From positions 16,155 to 48,154 of the forward strand of contig MTSL01000126.1 of NCBI GenBank assembly GCA_002794465.1: a stretch of 32,000 nucleotides of DNA. The letters run 5' to 3'. Shown piece by piece: positions 25,341 through 32,000 of the stretch. This stretch comes from Paramicrosporidium saccamoebae KSL3. Its lineage: Eukaryota; Fungi; Cryptomycota. The notes beneath the pieces are model-generated. The model ran no database searches and was not told the origin of the DNA. It saw only the letters and a list, made by a program, of their open reading frames with translations. Made by a program: the position numbers and the translations under genes. Position 1 is the first letter of the stretch. Each line of letters opens with the position of its first letter.

Positions 25341-27477
25341 TTTCTTGCAACATCTGTAGCGTCTTTTCCAGCTCCGACTCGCCCACCAATGCTGTTAATT
25401 CAGCCTTTGTACATTGTGAATGAGCCTTCAGGTACTTGACGAGACGCGCCTGTAACATGAACGTGCGATCCTCCACAACATCCTTTGGCAGACCGACGAC
25501 AATTTCAGTCTCGGCAGCAATGCTCAGATTCAGTCGGGAATGGGGGGAGACAAAAGAGTGATTGAGCCGCAATGTATCAGCATGACTGAGCACTAATTGC
25601 ACCTGGAGCAATCGCATTAGGGAGGATTGAACGAGTGGTGGAACGAGACCAGTGATTGTGGACAGCTCAATGAGAGTAGAGGGACGATCCTGCAGCTGTA
25701 GCAAGATGGCCACCTGGGCTGCAGAAAGGATAAAGGAGAAGGGGCGCTGGGAAAAGGTGGCAACCACTTCGGCGGTCGTAAGAGATGGGCTCCAGGTGAG
25801 GACACGTCCCGTGTGCTGTTCTCCATAAAACTCTGCAAACGAATCAAGACATTCATGCAGACGCCGCTCCCAATGCAGGACGGCCTCATCGGGAGAGGCA
25901 GGCCAGCAGCCAAAGGTTAGGATTTGGAAGGATAACTCAAAGGGCAGTTTTGCGCGCTTGTGACGGCCCAGGAACTGCTGTGACACTTGTAACGAAGATT
26001 CCATGTCCACCAACATGCGTCGCAGATTGGACACGTAGCCATGGCCATATGTGGCAGCTAGTTGAGTCAGTAATGCCTCCTCCCCGTCCCGCTGGTAAAA
26101 GGATTGACGGGCTAATAGACGTCGAGACAAAAGTCGCGCATACCATTTCTGGAAGGATTCTTTGTCCTCCAAATAGCGCAATAAAGTAAGGATAAAGGGT
26201 ATCTTTGGGACAAACTCTTCCTGGTCGCGGATCAGTGTGTCCACCCAACGAGCCAGATGCTCTCCCAATGCGCGGAACGCCATAGCCGGAGCGGAAGGAG
26301 AATCGCTGATGAATCGTTTCAACGCCGTGTCTGAGGCTGCCAACATCATCGGCTCATCCATCATGGCAACGGAGACAATCCGGCGTGCATCCTGATACAT
26401 GGCAAACATTAGATTAATCAACATGGACATTTGCTCCGCTTTGGCGCCCTGTCGGGGCACCTTGGCTGTCAGTCGGGCGAGGAGGCCTGTCTCTATTGAA
26501 GGGACTAGTTCCTTTAGCAACGACTTGCGCTGCGCCACCAAATTGTAAATAAGTTGGATCGTCTCGGTGGGATCCTCTTCCGTCTCCATTGATCGGACTA
26601 TCTGATCTCTTAGGATGGGTAGTAAGGGAAGTAGAATAGCCGCTTTCATCGTTTCCTTGGTGCGTTTTTCCACCGTCTTGTTTGGAAGACTGGGCCCCGT
26701 TAGATAGCGTGCAACCCGCTCCATCTCCCCTTTCCAGAATGACAGCATTATGCCAATACTGCCCACAGTTGGCATTTGTGCCGTACTCAGTCGGGAAAGC
26801 AATTCAGTGCTGTCCTGTTGCAGAGTGTTGCAATACCACGGTAAAAGATGGTCCAGGAAGGGATGCGAGACGGTCATGGATTTGGATTGGGTTGCAGACT
26901 TGGAGTTGGTTGCAGACTTGGAGTGGGTCTTGGACATTGCTTGCAATAGTAATGACTCTTCCGGCACCGTGGATATGGCATGATAAATGCGAAATAGTTC
27001 TTTGAGGTCCGCATTGGGTTGGACAGTCCCGGCGGCTCGTTCGGCTGTCAGACAGCCCTCCGCCCACGCCAACAGCCGCTCTTCCTCTCCTCGCATCCGT
27101 CCCCACCAGCTCTCCCATAATAGTGGCACTACATGCACCGCCCCCTCCCGCGCCACCCAGAATCGATCCAAGTATTGAAACACGGCCTCTACCCGCAACG
27201 CAGCCTGTTCATAGCGTCGCCACTGCAAAAGCAATGCGACGGGATGTGAGGGTAGAGCAGGAAGGTTGGTGTAAAAGGCACACAGGGAGGTGTACAAATC
27301 CCGGCCCTGAATATCGGTTGATTGAGTGTTTTTCGCCACACAATACTCGTAGACCATGGTGTAGAGAGACATGTACAGGTCGGGTGTAAACCAGTCATCA
27401 ATGGCCTCGTCAAGATTATACAGTCGGTTCAAAAAGGTCTCCAACTTGTTCCAGACTGCCCCAACATCACTCATCAT
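25294..27477 (-). CDS. Divergent cullin, CUL1/Cdc53-like (727 aa; possible extra 5' exon 27730-27626)
   Basis: LYMSLYTMVYEYC (CUL1 Skp1-binding helix), QWRRY...YLDRFWV, EDKESFQKWYARLLSRRLL, LRRMLVDM, QILTFGCWP, FYGEQHTGRVLTW, EDRTFMLQARLVKYLK, LQEKEYL. Confidence 0.9.
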   Translation of the reverse strand: MMSDVGAVWNKLETFLNRLYNLDEAIDDWFTPDLYMSLYTMVYEYCVAKNTQSTDIQGRDLYTSLCAFYTNLPALPSHPVALLLQWRRYEQAALRVEAVFQYLDRFWVAREGAVHVVPLLWESWWGRMRGEEERLLAWAEGCLTAERAAGTVQPNADLKELFRIYHAISTVPEESLLLQAMSKTHSKSATNSKSATQSKSMTVSHPFLDHLLPWYCNTLQQDSTELLSRLSTAQMPTVGSIGIMLSFWKGEMERVARYLTGPSLPNKTVEKRTKETMKAAILLPLLPILRDQIVRSMETEEDPTETIQLIYNLVAQRKSLLKELVPSIETGLLARLTAKVPRQGAKAEQMSMLINLMFAMYQDARRIVSVAMMDEPMMLAASDTALKRFISDSPSAPAMAFRALGEHLARWVDTLIRDQEEFVPKIPFILTLLRYLEDKESFQKWYARLLSRRLLARQSFYQRDGEEALLTQLAATYGHGYVSNLRRMLVDMESSLQVSQQFLGRHKRAKLPFELSFQILTFGCWPASPDEAVLHWERRLHECLDSFAEFYGEQHTGRVLTWSPSLTTAEVVATFSQRPFSFILSAAQVAILLQLQDRPSTLIELSTITGLVPPLVQSSLMRLLQVQLVLSHADTLRLNHSFVSPHSRLNLSIAAETEIVVGLPKDVVEDRTFMLQARLVKYLKAHSQCTKAELTALVGESELEKTLQMLQEKEYLSVEGDQVVYIP
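26882..26935 (-). repeat. In-frame 18-bp x3 repeat in the cullin (SKTH-SKSATN-SKSATQ)
   Basis: ttggattgggttgcagac / ttggagttggttgcagac / ttggagtgggtcttggac. Confidence 0.8.
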
Positions 27478-27481
27478 CCCC

Positions 27482-27620
27482 TAGAACAGGGTATGTTGAG
27501 CTGAATTGATTTGAATCGATTTTTCCGTTGTCGGAACAGGGTGTGTTAGACTGGATTGGTGGAATCGATTCTCCGTTGTTCCTTAGAACGGGGCATGTTG
27601 AGATGAATTGATTTGGATTG
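27482..27620. repeat. ~51-bp degenerate tandem repeat x~2.7 upstream of the cullin
   Basis: GAAC(A/G)GGG(T/C) anchors at 27484, 27534 and 27586; shared TGTTGAG.TGAATTGATTTG and GAATCGATT..CCGTTGT. Confidence 0.8.
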
Positions 27621-27803
27621 TTTACTGCGCAGTCCCATAGAAAAGAGTGTATTGAGTCGAATTGGTCCCTCCATTGTCCCGTGACATTGGCTGTAAAGCC
27701 TCGTATATAATCGTGGAGGCGTATATCCATTTATTTAAACCCCCCCCCTTATGTAGCCTCTTTGAATTGGGTTTTATTTCAGGATCCATTACCATCCACT
27801 AAT

Positions 27804-30800
27804 TTAGCTGCCGATGCCAATTTCCCCCGAGGCACGAAAGGTGCGAGATTTGAGACGTTCGCATTCTCGGACAAGTCGCTCGGCCTTTTCCCTTTCCTCT
27901 TCCCGATCCCGTTCAGCTCTCCTTCGCGCTCCCTCTAGTTCTCCACACCGACCCTCTGCCGCCTCCACTGCTGTCGTCAGTTTGCGCAACTTTAGCTCGC
28001 ACTTGTCCAAAGACTCTTCCAAGGATATGCGTTGACGATCGCGGTCTGCCAGCTGTACAGTGAGATCCCGAATAGTCCGTTCTTGACGTCGGGTGTCTTT
28101 GAGTAACGTTTGCTTCTCGGCCGATTCCGACTCGATCTGTGCCATTATGGAGTGGTAAGCTGTCGAGGGACGACGCAGCGCTGCTCGTGACGAAATACCA
28201 TTTCCGCTAGTCTCTGAGTCGAGCAATTTCAGTTGCAGTTCCTTGATCTGCACCTCGAGAACAGCCTTTTCCTGACTATGCAGTTCGTTCTGCTTCCGTT
28301 CCCCTTCCAGCTCTACTTGGGTCACCTTGAGGAGTTGTTCCGTCTTTTTCAATTGCTCATTTAAAATGACGTTGGTGTCCTGCTCATCGTGGAGCTTGTT
28401 GTTTGTTTCGTCCAACAGCAATTCAGCCGTTGTGCAATTCTTTTCCATCGTCTGTTTAGTCAATGTCAGTTCCCGATGCTGTTCGTTGAGGGACTCGTAG
28501 CGCGATTCCAGTGCTTTTCGCTGTCTCTCCGAAGATGACAGAGATTCTTCAAAGTCGCACACTTTGGCTCTGAACTCTCGAATCAAATCATATTGAGACG
28601 CGAGTTGTGCCTGCAGAGCATCTTCCCGGTCAATTGCTTCTTGGTGTTGTCTTGTCACTTCCTTTAACCGCTGATCTAATCGATCCTTCTCCCTTTTCCA
28701 GTTGGTCTGATTCCTCATCTCTGCCTCCAACTGCGTGGCCAGATTGTCGGCACCCGATTCATACCGCTTAATAGTCTCCTTTAGACTGACCGCTTGCTTC
28801 TTTTCCTGCTCCAAGTCGAAATTCAGTTGGTGCATTTCCCGCTGAAGACGTTTGCGATTCTGATCCCATTCCTCCTCTCTCACCTCCAGTTCATCTTCGT
28901 GCTGTTGTTTGAGGGAGCGCAATTGTTGCTCAAATTCAGATTGCATTTCACGTCGTCGGGCCTGATCTGCCGCCTCGTCCTCCAGCTGATCCTGCAGGTG
29001 GCGACGCGCATCTTCCACCTGTTTCAGCTTGCACTCTAAATCCCGTCGGGACCGTTTTGCATCTTCCAATAGAGATTCAGTCTCGCCAAGGCGTTGTCGC
29101 AGTGAAGATTCGCTCGTTTCCAGCTTCAGTCGCTCAAACTCGACTTCGTCACTCTTTACCCGCAACGAAGCAATTACAGTCTTTTGTTCGTCCATTGTTC
29201 GTCGCAATTCAGCTTGTTCTTTTTCTTGCACAGCAATCCGCTGTTCCAGCTGATCTTTTTGAGACTCGAGCTCATTGGTAATTCGTTCCTTCAGACGGGC
29301 CAACTCCAGATCAAGCACAAGCTTGCGTTCCATCAGAGCCGTTTTGGAATCATTGGCTTCAGTGAGCTGCAGGGACAGGTGCTGGTTCTCGCGTTCAAGA
29401 TCACGACGACGAGTCTCTAGTTCATAGAGCATATTTCGTTCCTTGTCCAGATCAACGCGCAGTTGAGCCACTTGTCCATCTCGATCCACCACCAACCGCT
29501 CCAACTCGCTTTCCAGTTCTTCAATTCGATTCTCTGAACGAGTTACATTCAAAAGCGGTTTGACTTGGGAAAAGAGCTTCCACCAGGCCCATTGACGCAG
29601 GCGAAGGTAAAGTCGCACATTTCGCTGCAGAAACTGGACGGCCTCTTGCTGGCGCATCTTTCGATTCTTCTTCCGTTTTGCCAATACATATCGGTAGAGC
29701 GACTGGAAAGCCCGCAACACTGTGGATAGCTTACCATCACGTTGTTCGTCCAGTTTACTGAGCTCTCCCGACTTGAAAAAGACTTTGGATTGTCCTATTC
29801 GAAACGTTACTCCCTCCTCCATGCCAAACTGCGTCAAGAGCTGTCGACAGGCCTCTTTGGAATCGGTTGGCAAGGGGCCAGTGGCCAGAATCTCGTAAAG
29901 ACGACAGAATTCAGCAAAGTTGAGACGGTTTGGGAAGCCGAGACGACAGATCCTGATCCCCTCCAGGACGCCATTGCATTTTAGCTGATCAAGCACAAGA
30001 TGTGCAGCAATGACACCCGGTCGCTTCTCCTCATTGGGAATAATGCAACGCACAAAGTGCGGCTGGGTAGAGTATAGTTGTTGCATCAGCAGAGCAAGTG
30101 ATTCGCGATGTTTCTGGGCCACTGTGCGGAACAGGCCCTTTTTGGTGCCCTTGTTGGCCTGGTATACTTCTTCGTCAGTGCCGAAAAAGTCGGTAAACAA
30201 ACTCGAAACAAAGGGCTGACTGGATCGAGCCAGTAGACGTGTGACACTCTCATTAAGTGGATCCTTGTTCTTTACCAACCATCCGTCAGTGCTATATTCT
30301 ACTTTGCCTGCATAGTGGTTAATAAGGAAACCATCCCCAAAGCGCGTTACTTCAAACTTGCTCGACTTTCCCTTCCACAATGCGCTCACTTTGTCACAGA
30401 ACGAACGATCGGTTGCTCGTGGTACCACACAGTCCTCATCCAAACAAGCGAGCACCCCAATGGGGTTTGACTTCTCAATCAGATCAATAGTTGGCTGCAA
30501 ATCCAGGCCAAAATCAATATAATTCCATTCAATGCCTTCGCGTTTATACTCTTCCTGCTCAATGACAAACATGTGATGGTTGAAGAATTGTTGGAGTTTT
30601 TCGTTCGTGTGATTAATGCACAGCTGCTCAAACGAGTTTTTTTCAAAAATCTCAAAGCCGGCAATATCGAGGACGCCAATAAAATTGCCCTTGTTGGATG
30701 ACTTGTCGATAGACTTGTTGATGCGTTCGACTAGTTTGGTAAACATGCGATCATAAAGGGCTCGTGACAATGCCTCCACTGAATAAATGACTTGGGCCAT

Positions 30801-32000
30801 ATCTCGGGATTGTGCCACCATTTCATCGCGACCAGCCTTGAACACTGGATTGAGCAGACCGGCCACAAATTCTTCCGTTGGAATCCCCAGACATTTGCAC
30901 ACCCTCTCCGCTGCCTCCGGGCTCTTCAAGACGGCCTGGCCCTGCGAGTCTTCCTCAAACGTCAGATTTCCTAGCAAAAGAATTCCTGCTACTATGCGGA
31001 AAAAGGTATTTCTTTCCTCCTCGCTGAAGCCTAGGACATGCATGCATTTGACTAGATTTGCATACTCGGCCCGATCATCCATTCCCTCGACCTCCATGTT
31101 GGACTGTTTCATATAGCTGTAATCCTGTACACTGCCCGAGATGCCTAGTTCGACTTTTAGCGCTTCCGGTGCTCCCGCCAGGAGTTGATAAAACACATGA
31201 AAAGATCGTTCCTTTACATTACGATGCGTTACTCGTCCCTTTTCCAGCAAATATCGCTCAATGTTTCCTCCGCAAATCACTCCCGTCTTGTCAAATTCAA
31301 TCCGCACAAACTTGCCAAAACGCGACGAGTTATTATTGCGCACCGTCTGAGCATTTCCAAAGGCCTCCAAAATGGGATTGGCCTGGATGATCTGTTCCTC
31401 CAGACTGTCAGCCCCGCCGGCAATCTTGGCGAGATATTGGATCACGCGTTTGGTGTTTTCCGTCTTGCCCGCGCCTGACTCGCCCGTGATCAAAATGCTT
31501 TGGTTTTGACGCGTCGAAAGGGCGCGGTAGGCTGCGTCAGCGACGGAGAATATGTGCGGAGGACGATCAACACGACGCTGGTTCTTGTAATGGGCCACAA
31601 TGGGCTCTGTGTATATTGGAATGTTCCGATACGGATTCACGGCCACCAAGAATAATCCACTATACGTCTACATCATCAGGTCTGGTTTAGGAGGGAGCAC
31701 GTAAATGAGATTGGAATCGTAGCGTTGCTTAAGATTGTTGAGTACGGTTGCTTCATTCAGTTCGCTCAATTCGGCAATGTCTTCGCATCTGTCATAGCGG
31801 GTCGCATTTCCCGCCACAACCCTCTCCTTTTCCACCGTCTCCCTCTATCCGTAATTAGCATCCATCCGGATGGTACGGTCCTATCAGCAAACTCCAGCAG
31901 ACATTGGTCACCCCGCTCCACGACAGTCACGGGCACGTAGCCGTGCTCCTTGCTTGCCAGCCATGCGCACGGCGTGTCTTGCCACTCCAGCTCCACCGTA
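27804..32000 (-). CDS. Myosin class II heavy chain, 5'-partial; exons >32000-31877, 31844-31701, 31667-27804
   Basis: SH3-like N-terminus, EDIAELSELNEATVL, TYSGLFLVAVNPY, P-loop GESGAGKT, NNNSSRFGK, DIAGFE, QLKCNGVLEGIRI, WAWWKLFSQVKPLL, coiled-coil tail; introns 31845-31876 (32 nt) and 31668-31700 (33 nt). Confidence 0.97.

Noticed and set aside
27740-27748. C9 homopolymer next to an AT-rich box upstream of ATG 27730 (microsporidian CCC/GGG-like promoter motif)
   Set aside because: Single instance; not seen consistently before other starts in the window.
1-32000. tRNA, rRNA, snRNA or transposase genes
   Set aside because: No T-loop/cloverleaf, rRNA or transposase signatures recognised by eye; the GTAGTGGGGGA at 25263 resembles the U1 3' region but lacks the rest of U1. 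A tRNAscan/Infernal run would be needed to exclude small RNAs.

Overview
Gene-dense, housekeeping-rich window from a compact eukaryotic genome with ultra-short (30-36 nt) spliceosomal introns. The proteins are fungal/opisthokont-like. Tiny introns, very short spacers, a retained complex I subunit (NDUFA9) and an Oxa1/Cox18 insertase best fit a Rozellomycota / early microsporidian relative such as Paramicrosporidium (inference only). Recognisable genes, in order: neutral sphingomyelinase, cytosolic IleRS, eIF6, a divergent histone H3, NOB1, Cox18/Oxa1, SMC1, NDUFA9, Hel2/ZNF598, p24-alpha, Sof1/DCAF13, ORMDL, a divergent CUL1-like cullin and a 5'-truncated myosin II. Three lineage-specific-looking genes with N-terminal signal sequences sit among them: an ankyrin-repeat protein ending in a CC-TLF CaaX box, a minimal USP-family deubiquitinase with an intact catalytic triad, and a small protein with basic processing sites. 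These are the best candidates for a host-directed effector system. Non-coding features include decayed re-duplications of stop-codon regions behind three genes, two dispersed intergenic elements (one with a perfect 21-bp core), and an unusual GTAC...TAG splice consensus. I recognised no tRNA, rRNA, CRISPR array or transposase. Exon structures were derived by hand.
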